This document shows, in pieces, positions 40,207 to 50,412 of a stretch of 64,000 bases of DNA. Under the pieces are notes generated by a model that was given only the letters and a program-made list of their open reading frames with translations, did no database searches and was not told the origin of the DNA. The DNA comes from Candidatus Calditenuis fumarioli (GTDB taxonomy: Archaea; Thermoproteota; Nitrososphaeria_A; Caldarchaeales; Calditenuaceae): assembly GCA_030059665.1 (NCBI GenBank), contig JANVYR010000002.1:96001-160000 (forward strand), given 5' to 3'. How positions within the stretch are numbered: the stretch's first letter is position 1; each line of letters begins with the position of its first letter. The translations under genes and the position numbers were made by a program.

Positions 40207-41058
40207 CTACTCCGCCGAGACCCTCGACAGGTACTCGTAGTCCGACGTGTCGAGCCTCCAGCCCGAGGCGCCTGCGTTCTCCTCGAGGTGCTCCCTGCTG
40301 ACCGCCTTCGGTATCGCGATCACGAAGTCCTGGTAGACGACCCAGTTGAGGGCCACCTGCAGCGGCGTCTTCCCGTATTTCCTCGCCACCTCCCTCAGCG
40401 CCCTCCCGAGCCTCGTCTCGGACCTGGCCTCCGTCGCTATCCTGCCCTTCGCCAGCGGGCTGTAGGCCGTGATCGTCACGCCCTCCCTCCTGCAGTAATC
40501 GAATAGGTCCCTCTCGATCGACCTGTTGAGGAGGCTGTACTCCACTTGGTTCGCCACCACGTCGGTCACCGAGAGATAGGAGCGGGCCTCTTCGAGCAGC
40601 TCCGCCGAGAAGTTGCTGACGCCGATGTACCTGATCTTCCCGTCCTTGTAGAGCTTCTCGAGCGCCTTCATCGTCTCCCGCAGCGGGACCTCTTCAGACG
40701 GCCAGTGGATCATGTAGAGGTCCACGTACTTCAGCCCCAGCCTCCCGAGGGAGCCCTCGCAGGACCTGATTACAGAATCGTACCTGAGGTTGGTGGGCCA
40801 CACCTTGGTCGCGATGAACAGCTCCTCCCTCGGGTAACCCTTGATCGCCTCCCCCACCAGCTCCTCCGCGTGGCCGGCACCGTACATCTCGGCGGTGTCG
40901 ATGTGGGTCATCCCGAGCTCTATCGCGGTCCTGATCGCCTCGATCCACTCCTTGTCCCTGCTCCGGTCCGGCTTCGAACCCCCTCCCATCCTCCAGGTAC
41001 CGAGCCCTATCTCAGGTATCTTCTCGCCGGTCTTGCCCAGAACCTTCCTGGTGATCAC
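40207..41058 (-). CDS. Aldo/keto reductase
   Basis: IGLGTW, IDTAEMYG, IATKV, DLYMIHWP, IGVSNF, AIPKA. Confidence 0.95.
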   Translation of the reverse strand: MITRKVLGKTGEKIPEIGLGTWRMGGGSKPDRSRDKEWIEAIRTAIELGMTHIDTAEMYGAGHAEELVGEAIKGYPREELFIATKVWPTNLRYDSVIRSCEGSLGRLGLKYVDLYMIHWPSEEVPLRETMKALEKLYKDGKIRYIGVSNFSAELLEEARSYLSVTDVVANQVEYSLLNRSIERDLFDYCRREGVTITAYSPLAKGRIATEARSETRLGRALREVARKYGKTPLQVALNWVVYQDFVIAIPKAVSREHLEENAGASGWRLDTSDYEYLSRVSAE

Positions 41059-41073
41059 GCACTGTCACCTCGA

Positions 41074-42378
41074 TCACTCGTATTTCAACGCCCACACAGG
41101 GTCGATCCTGGAGGCCCTCCAGGCAGGGTAGACTCCGCTGGCGATCCCCACCAGCGCTCCTATCCCCACCGCGAGCGGCACCCACTCCGGCCTTATCGTG
41201 ACGGGCAGCGATACGCCAGAGAAGGGCCCCACCCTGAGGAAGAGCAGGCCGAACAGTATCCCGACCGGGACGGCGATGCTGGCCCCTATAGCTCCGATCA
41301 GCCCAGCCTCCGTCAGGAAGAGGTTCAGCACGTCCCTCTGCCTCGCACCTATCGCCCTCAGCACCCCGATCTCCTTGGTCCGCTCGGTGACGTTAACCAG
41401 CATGATGTTGGCTATCCCGATCGATCCCACCAGCAGCGCGAACGAACCTATCTGGAGGACGAAGCTCGCGAAGAGCTGGACCTGCTCCCTGATGAAGTTG
41501 GTCACCTCTCCGGCCGATATCGTGATGAACCCCATGTCCGGCGCGTCCCTACGTCTGAGCTTCTCCGCCTCCGACGACGTCTTGAAGTACTCCAGGACGG
41601 CCGACTTCACCTGATCGAACTCCGTCACCGAGCTGACCCGCACGCCCACCACCCTGAAGACCCTCACTGGCCCCGATCCCGGCACGGTCCTCCGCACGTC
41701 GTAGTAGTCGTCCAGGTTCAGGTATGCGGCGTTCTGGAAGACGAACGGTATCTCCTTCAGAACCCCCACTATCCTGACCTGAACGGACCTCCTGACGCCA
41801 CCCTGGACGAAGTTGAGCTCCACCGTCTTCCCGAGCACCTGGGCGACGTCCTCCTCGTTCCCGAGCTCCTTCGCGATCCTGCGGGCCACGTCGTACGTCA
41901 CCACGGTCTCCCTGCCGTTCCTGAAGGACCTTCCGTGGAGGAGCTGGTTCTCTGTGAAGGCGTTGGGCGATATCGCCACGATTCTGAACCCTCCCAACCC
42001 GCTCGATACCACCTTGCCCCTGAAGACTATCGGTGACGTGACGTCGGGCTGCAGGTCGCCGCTCGCGTAGACGTCCTTGACCCCCGGCATGCTCCTGACG
42101 TGGGCCAGGTCCCTCTCGGTGATCATGGGCGTCTGGTGGATGAAGAACCCCGATGCTCCGGTGCCGCTCCTGACCTCCCCAACGGCCACCGAGAAGGTGT
42201 CAGGCGCGAAGAGGTCCGTGAACCGGGAGATGAAGTACGTCTCGACGCTGGAGGACATCATGATGACGGTTATCACGGTGGCCACCCCGAAGACGATGCC
42301 GAGCGTCGTCAGCAGGCTCCTGAACTTGTGAACGGTGATGTTGGACCAGGCCAGCACCAGCATCTCCCGCGGCCTCAT
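41074..42378 (-). CDS. MacB/FtsX-family ABC permease
   Basis: RSLLTTLGIVFGV, large extracytoplasmic loop, GIANIMLVNVTERTKEIGVLRAIGA, YPAWRASRIDP; ATG 42378. Confidence 0.92.
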   Translation of the reverse strand: MRPREMLVLAWSNITVHKFRSLLTTLGIVFGVATVITVIMMSSSVETYFISRFTDLFAPDTFSVAVGEVRSGTGASGFFIHQTPMITERDLAHVRSMPGVKDVYASGDLQPDVTSPIVFRGKVVSSGLGGFRIVAISPNAFTENQLLHGRSFRNGRETVVTYDVARRIAKELGNEEDVAQVLGKTVELNFVQGGVRRSVQVRIVGVLKEIPFVFQNAAYLNLDDYYDVRRTVPGSGPVRVFRVVGVRVSSVTEFDQVKSAVLEYFKTSSEAEKLRRRDAPDMGFITISAGEVTNFIREQVQLFASFVLQIGSFALLVGSIGIANIMLVNVTERTKEIGVLRAIGARQRDVLNLFLTEAGLIGAIGASIAVPVGILFGLLFLRVGPFSGVSLPVTIRPEWVPLAVGIGALVGIASGVYPAWRASRIDPVWALKYE

Positions 42379-42484
42379 CCCTCGTCCATCCTCACCGGCT
42401 GCGCTTTTTGCGTTGGCCCCGCGACCGCCCCGAGGGCCCCGCCGCAGAGACGATCTAAAAATACCGCCTGGATGAGGGGAGGGC

Positions 42485-42670
42485 ATGCAGAGGGCCAGCG
42501 TACTGACGTTGCCGACCTGCACATCATGCAACAGGGTCATCTCGCCCGACGAGAAGGCCGTGAGGTTCCCGTGTCCGTCCTGCAACAGGATCACCATCTG
42601 GCGCTGCGAGATCTGCCGCGAGCTCTCGAGGACCTACGTCTGCAGCGTCTGCGGCTTCGAGGGGCCCTGA
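42485..42670 (+). CDS. Small zinc-finger protein (DUF1610/COG2888 family)
   Basis: CTSC...CPSC...CEIC...CSVCGFEGP. Confidence 0.9.
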   Translation: MQRASVLTLPTCTSCNRVISPDEKAVRFPCPSCNRITIWRCEICRELSRTYVCSVCGFEGP

Positions 42671-42790
42671 GCCATCCGGACCTGCGGGCCGACTGCGGCA
42701 TCCCCCCGAGGTGACATGGGTCTTACCCGGTGGCTTCGCGCTCCCTCAATCGGGCAATAGGTTTTTGCTCAGGGGCACGGAGCGAGGGTT

Positions 42791-43981
42791 ATGCGAGCGG
42801 ATCACGTCGAGGGGGCGCTGACGCTTGCGCTTTCGGTTCTCCTACTGCTGCCCCTCACGCTCTCCCCCGCCTTCTCCCAACCCTCCTATAACTGCGCGCT
42901 GGAGCCGAAGTCCGTCTCGGACGGCGTGGTCAGCTTCTCGGTGGAGGGAAAGGACGAGCGGTCGTGCGCCGGCGAGCTGGCCGGACCAGAGTTCAGCGGA
43001 GAGACGGAGACGGTCCTCGTAAAACTGACGGGTACCGATAGGGTCTCCGAGGGTTACGTGATCAGGATAAACGTGGAGGTCAGGCACGTCAGGTTCCTCG
43101 CCGCGAGGTACTTCGTCGGGTACGGCCCCGCGTCCGGTGGCATCTTCTCCTCCGTCGACGACGTCATAAGGGAGGGCGGCCGGAAGTCCATAACCTTCGA
43201 GCACTACGTCTCCTACGGCGAGCTGGAGGACCTCGTGGTGGTGGTGAGCAGCATCGCCTTCAGGGACACGCCGGCCGTCCTGAACTACTCCGTCTCGGTA
43301 TCGGCGGAGCCGAGGACCGACGCGCGGGAAATCGTGATCAGATCGAAGGAGGGCGGTTCCATCACGGTGACCAACGACAACTGGGGCGACGTGCCGGGCG
43401 ACTACAGGGCCCTGAGAGAGGGCGTACCGGGGTACCTCGCCACAAGGACACTCCAGCCGGGCAGCACGCTCGAGCTCCAGGGTTGGCTCTCGATGCGCCA
43501 GACAGATCGCGACAGGTCCACCTACAGGTTCAGCAGGGACCAGAGCGACGTCTACCTCCTCTCGGTGAAGCCGGTCCCGATGGCGAGGCTCAGGGTCACC
43601 GTGACGCCCGAGGACGAGAGCAGCAGGCTCTCCGTGACGCTCAGGACCAAGGACGGTTTCCCGATAAACAGCACCACCGGACCGCAGGGAGGGGCGGCAG
43701 TGGTCCAGATGGTCTACTCGGAGAGCTCGAGGGACGACAAGATCTTCGTCGAGGTGAACCTGATGGAGTCGAGGACCTTCCTCACGCGCTACTCCATGAA
43801 GGTCGAGGTGATCGAGCCTCCTCCGCCACCGGAGCTCAACCCGCAGGTCGTCGTGCCCATCCCTGAAAGCCAGGTGAGGTCGATCGTCATAGGCCTGACG
43901 CTGGTGATCCTCTCGGCGGTTGTGGTCTCCGCGATCGTTGGCCGTCGGAAGAGAAGCAGAGAGTACTACTGGTACTACTGA
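42791..43981 (+). CDS. Secreted, C-terminally anchored surface protein
   Basis: Signal peptide, beta-rich domains (DQSDVYLLSV, PPC-like), Pro-rich linker, TM helix, basic tail RRKRSREYYWYY. Confidence 0.65.
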   Translation: MRADHVEGALTLALSVLLLLPLTLSPAFSQPSYNCALEPKSVSDGVVSFSVEGKDERSCAGELAGPEFSGETETVLVKLTGTDRVSEGYVIRINVEVRHVRFLAARYFVGYGPASGGIFSSVDDVIREGGRKSITFEHYVSYGELEDLVVVVSSIAFRDTPAVLNYSVSVSAEPRTDAREIVIRSKEGGSITVTNDNWGDVPGDYRALREGVPGYLATRTLQPGSTLELQGWLSMRQTDRDRSTYRFSRDQSDVYLLSVKPVPMARLRVTVTPEDESSRLSVTLRTKDGFPINSTTGPQGGAAVVQMVYSESSRDDKIFVEVNLMESRTFLTRYSMKVEVIEPPPPPELNPQVVVPIPESQVRSIVIGLTLVILSAVVVSAIVGRRKRSREYYWYY

Positions 43982-44064
43982 GGTCGAGGCCTCTGGTGCG
44001 TGACCGGAGGTTCCCGCAAAGGGTGCGATACGGTTTTCTCTGACCCACGACTATCGGCTGCCGC

Positions 44065-45081
44065 ATGAAGGCCGTCGTCCTCAGCAGGACCGGGCCGCCG
44101 GAGGTCCTCGAATACAAGGAGGTGCAGGACCCGAGGCCGTCCAGCGGTGAGGCGGTGGTCAGGGTAGCAGCGGCCGGCGTGAACCGGATCGACGTCTGGA
44201 TCAGATCTGGCCTCTACCCGGTCAAGCTGCCCCACGTTCTGGGCGTGGACGTCGCGGGGACCGTCGAGGAGGACTCAACGGGCTCCTTCAGACCCGGCGA
44301 GAGGGTTCTGATCTACCCGAGCGTGGGATGCGGGACCTGCGAGCTCTGCGTCTCCGGGGAGGAGCAGATCTGCAGCAAGATGGTCAGGCTCGGCCAGCAC
44401 AGGTGGGGAGGGTACGCGGAGAAGGTCGTCTTCCCCTCGAGGGCCCTGGTCAGGGTTCCAGACGGAATCGAGCTGGAGGAGGCCGCCGCGATACCGGTCA
44501 ACTTCCTCACCGCCTGGGACGCGCTGGTCAGGGCCGCACGCATCGGTCCGAACGACAGGGTGCTGGTCGTCGGTGCCGGGAGCGGGATAGGGTACGCAGC
44601 GGTGCAGATCTGCAAGCTCTTCGGATCCACGGTGATCGCCACCGTCGGCAGCGACGAGAAGGTCGAGCAGGCCTACCGGATAGGCGCGGACCTCGTGATC
44701 AACCGGCGCAGGTCCGACGTGAGGGAGGAGGTGATGAGGTTCACGGGAGGGAGGGGAGTTGACGTGGTCTTCGAGCACGCCGGCAAGGACTTCTGGGACA
44801 CGGCCCTCTCCGTGCTGGGTGTGAAGGGCAGGCTCGTTACGATGGGTGCGACGACGGGCCAGAACGTCGGTATAGACATCAGGGCAGTGTACAACAAACG
44901 CCAGGCCATCCTCGGGGCCGGAATAGGTACCAAGGCGGACCTGATCAAGATCCTCGACCTCTTCGCCCGACGGAGGCTCAGGGCTCTGATCGACAGGACC
45001 TACAGGCTGAGCGATGCGGCGGAGGCCCACAGGAGGATGGAGGCTTCCGAGCACTTCGGGAAGATACTCCTGAAGCCCTGA
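44065..45081 (+). CDS. MDR-family oxidoreductase (quinone-oxidoreductase-like)
   Basis: GVNRID, structural Zn CGTCELC...C, GAGSGIG, HFGKILL. Confidence 0.9.
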   Translation: MKAVVLSRTGPPEVLEYKEVQDPRPSSGEAVVRVAAAGVNRIDVWIRSGLYPVKLPHVLGVDVAGTVEEDSTGSFRPGERVLIYPSVGCGTCELCVSGEEQICSKMVRLGQHRWGGYAEKVVFPSRALVRVPDGIELEEAAAIPVNFLTAWDALVRAARIGPNDRVLVVGAGSGIGYAAVQICKLFGSTVIATVGSDEKVEQAYRIGADLVINRRRSDVREEVMRFTGGRGVDVVFEHAGKDFWDTALSVLGVKGRLVTMGATTGQNVGIDIRAVYNKRQAILGAGIGTKADLIKILDLFARRRLRALIDRTYRLSDAAEAHRRMEASEHFGKILLKP

Positions 45082-45185
45082 GAGGCGCCGCTCTTCCCAC
45101 GGTTCCCGCAGACCTGCCTCCTATCTTTGCCGTTACCGGTGGATGAGGCTTAGCGTATATTGTCCGCTCCACGGGACGATGTCGG

Positions 45186-46184
45186 GTGGCAGAGGGTTTG
45201 CGGGGGACGGTCGCAGACGAGTCGGGTGCGGTTCCCAGCCTCAGGGAGGTTCTGCTCGCCGAGAAAGTGATCAGGAGGTACCTGCAGCCGACGCCGCTGG
45301 TCTCGTCGAGGCGGTTATCGAGGGAGATAGGGGCTGAGGTGCGCGTGAAGCTCGAGAACCTGAACCCCACCAACAGCTTCAAGGTCCGCGGCGGGATCTA
45401 CCTGATGAGCGTCCTCGCGGGTTCGGGCGTGAGGGGCGTCGTGACCGCGTCGATGGGCAACCACGCCCAGTCCATAGCCTACGCCGGATCCCTCTTCGGA
45501 GTCCCGGTGAAGGTGGTGATGCCCGGCTGGGTCTCGCGTGTGAAGGTCGAGGCCGTCGAGGAGCTCGGAGCCGAGGTGATCCTGAAGGGACAGTACTACG
45601 ACCAGTCCGCGGAGTACGCCGAGGAGCTCGCGAAAGAGCTGGGGTACCGTTACGTCCACGCCATCGAGGAGAGGCTGCTGCACGTAGGTGTGGCCACCAT
45701 GCACCTAGAGGTCCTCCGGGAGCTTCCCGAGGTCGAGGTGGTCATCAACCCGATCGGTGGGGGAACGGGTGCGATAGGCGCGGTGGCGGTCTACAAGAAC
45801 GCCGTGCCCGACGTCAGGATCTACGGCGTCCAGGCCGCAGGCGCGGACGCCTTCTACAGGTCCTTCAAAACCGGGGAGCTCGTGGACCTCCACGGCGTCA
45901 ACACGAGGGCCGAGGGCCTAGCTGTCGCGAGGTCCTATCCAACTCCGCTCAGGGCCCTGAGGGGGAGGCTCGAGGACGTGGTGGTCGTGACGGACGAGGA
46001 GATGGAGGAGGCGATGAGGAAATTGTACGCCTCGATCAGGCAGGTCTCCGAGCACGCCGGCGCAGCCGCCACCGCCGCAGCTTACAAGATCAAGGACAGG
46101 ATCCAGGGCAAAAGGGTGGTCCTGATGCTCACGGGTGGCAACGTCGCTCCCGAGGAGTTCGCACGGGTCCTCTCATCCGGCTGA
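45186..46184 (+). CDS. PLP-dependent threonine/serine dehydratase-family enzyme
   Basis: KLENLNPTNSFKVRG, SMGNHAQ, PIGGGTG; no ACT domain. Confidence 0.9.
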   Translation: MAEGLRGTVADESGAVPSLREVLLAEKVIRRYLQPTPLVSSRRLSREIGAEVRVKLENLNPTNSFKVRGGIYLMSVLAGSGVRGVVTASMGNHAQSIAYAGSLFGVPVKVVMPGWVSRVKVEAVEELGAEVILKGQYYDQSAEYAEELAKELGYRYVHAIEERLLHVGVATMHLEVLRELPEVEVVINPIGGGTGAIGAVAVYKNAVPDVRIYGVQAAGADAFYRSFKTGELVDLHGVNTRAEGLAVARSYPTPLRALRGRLEDVVVVTDEEMEEAMRKLYASIRQVSEHAGAAATAAAYKIKDRIQGKRVVLMLTGGNVAPEEFARVLSSG

Positions 46185-46290
46185 TACGGGACCGGGTGAG
46201 GGGTGGAGCCCATCGGCGCACCGTCATCTGGTCTTCCCCTTCCCGGACCTCAGGGATATCGGCTAAGCGCTGGCCAATGACGCATTACCG

Positions 46291-46695
46291 ATGGTCGAGC
46301 GGAGCAGGGACTGGATGGACCAGGCGGAGGGAGACCTCGAGCACGCCAAGCACGACCTGGCGGCGGGCTTCTACGACTGGGCCTGCTTCTCGGCCCAGCA
46401 GGCAGCTGAGAAGGCGGTTAAGGCCGTCTTCCAGCGCCTCGGCACAGAGGCCTGGGGCCAGTCGGTCTACGACCTGCTAGCCCGGTTGAGGGAGAGGTTC
46501 GAGGTCGATGAGAGCCTGCTGGACATGGCTCTGGAGCTGGACAAGGCCTACATACCCACCAGGTACCCGTACGCCCACCCGGCCTCGTCGCCGAGAAGGA
46601 GGTATACGAGGGGGGAGGCGGAGAGGTTGATCGGGTATGTGGAGCGGGTCCTCGGGTTCTGTAAGGGTCTCCTATCCGAGCTACACCAGGGATGA
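46291..46695 (+). CDS. HEPN-domain protein
   Basis: WACFSAQQAAEKAVKA, LDKAYIPTRYP. Confidence 0.92.
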   Translation: MVERSRDWMDQAEGDLEHAKHDLAAGFYDWACFSAQQAAEKAVKAVFQRLGTEAWGQSVYDLLARLRERFEVDESLLDMALELDKAYIPTRYPYAHPASSPRRRYTRGEAERLIGYVERVLGFCKGLLSELHQG

Positions 46696-46984
46696 GGTCA
46701 TCGCACGTCTCAGGGACGAGCTCGGAGCCCTCTCGGAGGAGCTCGGGATCGTCAGGGCCGTTCTCTTCGGGTCCTACGCTACCGGCAGGCACACTGCGGC
46801 GAGCGACATAGACCTGCTGGTGGTAGTCCGGCACGGGAACAGGGACGAGGTCTACAAAGCCTTGAGGAAGAAGGTGGACCTCAGGGGTCTGGAGCCCCAC
46901 GTGCTGACGCTCGAAGAGTACGAGGCGATGCGTGGGACCCTCTGGATCAGGACCGTCGAGAGGGAGGGTGTGGTTATCGTTTAG
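46637..46984 (+). CDS. Minimal nucleotidyltransferase (MNT)
   Basis: LFGSYATGRHTAASDIDLLVV; overlaps the HEPN gene. Confidence 0.9.
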   Translation: MWSGSSGSVRVSYPSYTRDEVIARLRDELGALSEELGIVRAVLFGSYATGRHTAASDIDLLVVVRHGNRDEVYKALRKKVDLRGLEPHVLTLEEYEAMRGTLWIRTVEREGVVIV

Positions 46985-46987
46985 TCC

Positions 46988-47674
46988 TCAGGCCTTCTTG
47001 GCGCCCTTCCGCCTGTACTCGAAGCTCTCGCCGGGGTTCAGCACCACGACCTTCACGCCCTTCGCCTTGGCCCTCACCAACCTCTCGTACTGCTTCGGGT
47101 CCTGGCGTATCGCGTCGAAGGTGTTGTAGTGCATCGGGATGACCACCTTGGGTTTGATCAGCGCCGCGGCCACCGCAGCCTCCTGTGGACCCATCGTGAA
47201 GAGGCTCCCTATCGGCAGGAGCGCGACGTCCGGCTTGTACAGCTGGCCTATCAGCTTCATGTCACCGAAGAGCCCCGTGTCGCCCGCGTGGTAGACGGTC
47301 GCGTCGCTCCCGTGGATCACGACTCCCGATGGGTTGCCCGTGTGGACCGCGGGGACGAAGGTCAGCCTGAGGCCGTCGGCCGTGAAGGTCCCTCCTATGT
47401 TCGCGCCCATCGTCCTCTTGACGCCGTTCTGCTCGGCCTTCACCTTCAGCTCGTAGAGCGCCACGAAGAGCGCGTCGTTCCTCCTGCAGATCTCGAAGGC
47501 GTCACCGACGTGGTCGAAGTGGTCGTGCGTGACTATCACGACGTCCACCTTCCCCAGCTCGTCCAGCTTCACCGGGGCCGCGGGGTTGTTGGTGATGAAA
47601 GGATCGATCAGGACGTTCTTCCCGTCCACCTCGAGCTGCCACGCTGCGTGCCCAAGCCACTTGAGCCTGACCAT
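46988..47674 (-). CDS. Metallo-beta-lactamase-fold hydrolase (UPF0173)
   Basis: WLGHA, THDHFDH, YHAGDT, IPMHYNTF. Confidence 0.92.
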   Translation of the reverse strand: MVRLKWLGHAAWQLEVDGKNVLIDPFITNNPAAPVKLDELGKVDVVIVTHDHFDHVGDAFEICRRNDALFVALYELKVKAEQNGVKRTMGANIGGTFTADGLRLTFVPAVHTGNPSGVVIHGSDATVYHAGDTGLFGDMKLIGQLYKPDVALLPIGSLFTMGPQEAAVAAALIKPKVVIPMHYNTFDAIRQDPKQYERLVRAKAKGVKVVVLNPGESFEYRRKGAKKA

Positions 47675-47850
47675 ACGTTCGATCGTTCCACAGGTCCGCA
47701 TATAAGCACATCTCGGTCCCCTACCGGGTCGTATGCCGAGTTTCGGATGACGTGAGGAACCGGTGTAGGTGAAGTCTAAGCCTCGAGCGGGGTGAGCATG
47801 GGGTTCAGTCGCTCACATCACCAATTCAGGTTGATTAGCAGGTCCGGGAG

Positions 47851-48138
47851 TTGGGACGTGTGGAATTGGCAGGCAACGTCAGGGCCATCCTCCACCTCTT
47901 CGTCGAGTCGGGAAAGCTCGAGAGCGTCTGCGAGAAGCTCGCCAAATTGCCCCAAACTCTCGACGTCTACGAGGTGACGGGCGAGTACGACATCGTAGCT
48001 ATTGTGGCGGTCTCGAGCGTTAAGGAGCTGAGGGAATTCATCTCCAAGATCCTGCCCAGCGTGGAGGGCATCAAGAGCTCCGTGACGTCCGTCATACTCC
48101 ACGTCCACAAGAAGAACGGCGTGGAGACCTGGGAGTGA
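47851..48138 (+). CDS. Stand-alone Lrp/AsnC ligand-binding (RAM) domain
   Basis: VYEVTGEYDIVA; no HTH, and the frame is closed by stops upstream. Confidence 0.85.
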   Translation: MGRVELAGNVRAILHLFVESGKLESVCEKLAKLPQTLDVYEVTGEYDIVAIVAVSSVKELREFISKILPSVEGIKSSVTSVILHVHKKNGVETWE

Positions 48139-48144
48139 GCTGCC

Positions 48145-50031
48145 TCAGGTCAGCTTCCTCAGCAGGATCACCCTTGCTGGGTGCTTGACCAGGACCGAGC
48201 GTATCCTCGCCTCCAGCGCGGACTCCTTCTCCAGCTCGCCCTTCTCGAACCTCCTTACCAGTAGGGCAACGAAATCGGAGTCGCCCCTCTCGACCTCCTG
48301 GTCCACCACCTCCTCGTACCTGCCAACCTTCACCTCGCAGCTGACCTCAAATCCTTTCGACGAGAGGATCTTGCGCGCCCTCCCGAGGTTCCTCTCGGCC
48401 TCGAGCCTCGCCTCCTCAACGCTCTCCTCCATCTCCGGGTCGATTATCGAGAGCAGCTTCAACGCGAACCGCTTGTCGAGCGAGTGGGCCAGTGCCTCCC
48501 CTACCGTCTCTGGGTCCTCATGTGGTCTCACCAGGACGGTCAAGCGCATGTTGTAGCCTGCGGGAAGGGCCAGGGACTGCTCCTCGACGCTGCTCACCGG
48601 CTTCTTCAGGAAGCGCTTCCTGTAGACGTAGTAGCCCAGCAGGCCAGCCGCCATCCACAACGTTCCCAGGAGACGACCAGCGCCGTGCAGCAGCAGGAAG
48701 AGCCCGAATATCACGGAGATCATGCCCAGGCCTATGAGGCCCAGCAACGGTATCTCGTAGACCCTGTCTCCGCGCCTCAGACGGAGGTTCGGCCTCAACT
48801 TCCAGGGCCTGTAGACGTGGGGCTCCTTGATCCTGAGCAGGATCAGCGAGACGAAGAGCATGATGTAGCTGAGGGAGCCGCCGAAGTTGTAGAGGCTGGC
48901 CAAGAAAGGTATGTCGCCTGGCAGGGTCATCAGGACCCCTATGACGCCGAATAGGAGTATGGCCCGGGTCGGCGTCCCGTAACGCCTGTGGATCGCGTAG
49001 AGCCACCTGGGCAGGAGACCGAGCCTGCCCATGCTCGCGGTAAGCCTCGTGACGCCTATCATCCCGGTGTTCGACGACGCTACCGTGATCACTATCGCGG
49101 TGAACGAGACCAGCACTGCCAAGCTCGGCCCCAGGAACCTGTAATGGCTCACCAGGGCCGCGATGGGGTTCTCTACCGCTGACGCGATGTTTTTCCACTC
49201 CGTGACGCCCAACGCTAGGGAGCTGAACGAAAGGACGTAGAGCGGCACCGCGATCGCGCAGAGCTTGGTGGTCCTCGGTATCCAGCGGTGCGGCCTTCTG
49301 GTCTCCTCCGCCGCTTGGGCTATCGACTCGACGCCTATGTACGACGCCATGGCTATCGTCAGCCCGTACAGGAAGTTGCTTTCAGGGACGCTGAGACCTG
49401 GGAGATAGGAAACTTCCTGCTGGGGCTCGGGGTTGCCGAAGGTCAGGAGCTGGGAGGCGAATTCGCCCGGGTCGAAGGTCGTCAGGTACCCCAATGACAG
49501 CAGCACGGACTGGACGATGAGGCCGAAGGCGACGATCCCCGCGATGACACCAGCGGAGTACTTGATGCCGATGTAGTTGATCGCAACCAGGAGCACGACT
49601 ATCGCGGCGGCTATGGCGCCTAAGCTTCCGACGGTTATGGGGCCTATGTGCAGGGCCAGGTCCCTGACCTGCGGGATCAGGAACTTGAAGTAACCCGCAG
49701 CGGCGGTAGCGAAGAGGGCCACGTCTATCACGTAGTCGAGCATGATCGCCCAGCCCGCGATGAAGCTCCCGAGGGTGTTCCAGGCCCTGAGGGAGTACAC
49801 GTGCACGCCACCAGAATAGGGATAGGCTGAAGCCAGCTCCGCGTAGGTGAGGCTGACCGTCACGTAAACGAGTGCGGTGATCGCGAAGGCTATCGGAGCG
49901 GCTCCGCCGGCGTAGAGGAACGCGATCCCAAGACCGATGAATATGTCGGCCCCCACGTCGCCGTATCCCATGGCGAAGGAGCTGAACCAGCCCACCTCCC
50001 GCTTATATCTCCCCTCACCGGGCTCCTCCAA
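48145..50031 (-). CDS. APC-family amino acid permease with a C-terminal USP-like domain
   Basis: GADIF, YAELASAYPYSGG, YIGVESIAQAAEE, TP; soluble C-terminal alpha/beta domain ending VILLR. Confidence 0.88.
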   Translation of the reverse strand: MEEPGEGRYKREVGWFSSFAMGYGDVGADIFIGLGIAFLYAGGAAPIAFAITALVYVTVSLTYAELASAYPYSGGVHVYSLRAWNTLGSFIAGWAIMLDYVIDVALFATAAAGYFKFLIPQVRDLALHIGPITVGSLGAIAAAIVVLLVAINYIGIKYSAGVIAGIVAFGLIVQSVLLSLGYLTTFDPGEFASQLLTFGNPEPQQEVSYLPGLSVPESNFLYGLTIAMASYIGVESIAQAAEETRRPHRWIPRTTKLCAIAVPLYVLSFSSLALGVTEWKNIASAVENPIAALVSHYRFLGPSLAVLVSFTAIVITVASSNTGMIGVTRLTASMGRLGLLPRWLYAIHRRYGTPTRAILLFGVIGVLMTLPGDIPFLASLYNFGGSLSYIMLFVSLILLRIKEPHVYRPWKLRPNLRLRRGDRVYEIPLLGLIGLGMISVIFGLFLLLHGAGRLLGTLWMAAGLLGYYVYRKRFLKKPVSSVEEQSLALPAGYNMRLTVLVRPHEDPETVGEALAHSLDKRFALKLLSIIDPEMEESVEEARLEAERNLGRARKILSSKGFEVSCEVKVGRYEEVVDQEVERGDSDFVALLVRRFEKGELEKESALEARIRSVLVKHPARVILLRKLT

Positions 50032-50412
50032 ACCGTTCCCATCGGCTGATAGGGATCCAAATAAAAGCGATCCCGGCGAGTTCCGGCAATTGTGGAAAAG
50101 CTAACGTGGTCCCTCAGGATACTGCCCGTCTCTCCGGCCGCCGCGTCGCCTCTCCTGTGGCTGGACCCCCAGCTTCCGCGTCCTCCCCGCCCGTTCCCGG
50201 AACAGTGCACGCGCTTTCCGTTTTCACCCGCATCGCTCCTGTGGACGTCGCTACGTTCGGGCACATCCTTATTGCTTGGCGTCTCGGCGGGTTACACGCG
50301 ATGGCCGGTGGTGTAGTTCCAGCTGGGCGTAGCACTGAAGGCGAGCTCCCTGGGGGCTTCTGAGGGGGAGAAGCTGCGGACCGCTCTGCGCTTCTACGAT
50401 CTATCCGCGGAG

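Noticed and set aside
42717-42761. RBS-like GAGGTGA plus ATG after the DUF1610 gene, where aEF-1beta often lies
   Set aside because: The frame closes after 14 codons and does not resemble EF-1beta.
47730-47800. Possible second C/D sRNA upstream of the Lrp-domain gene
   Set aside because: Boxes are degenerate, with no CUGA D box and no terminal stem.
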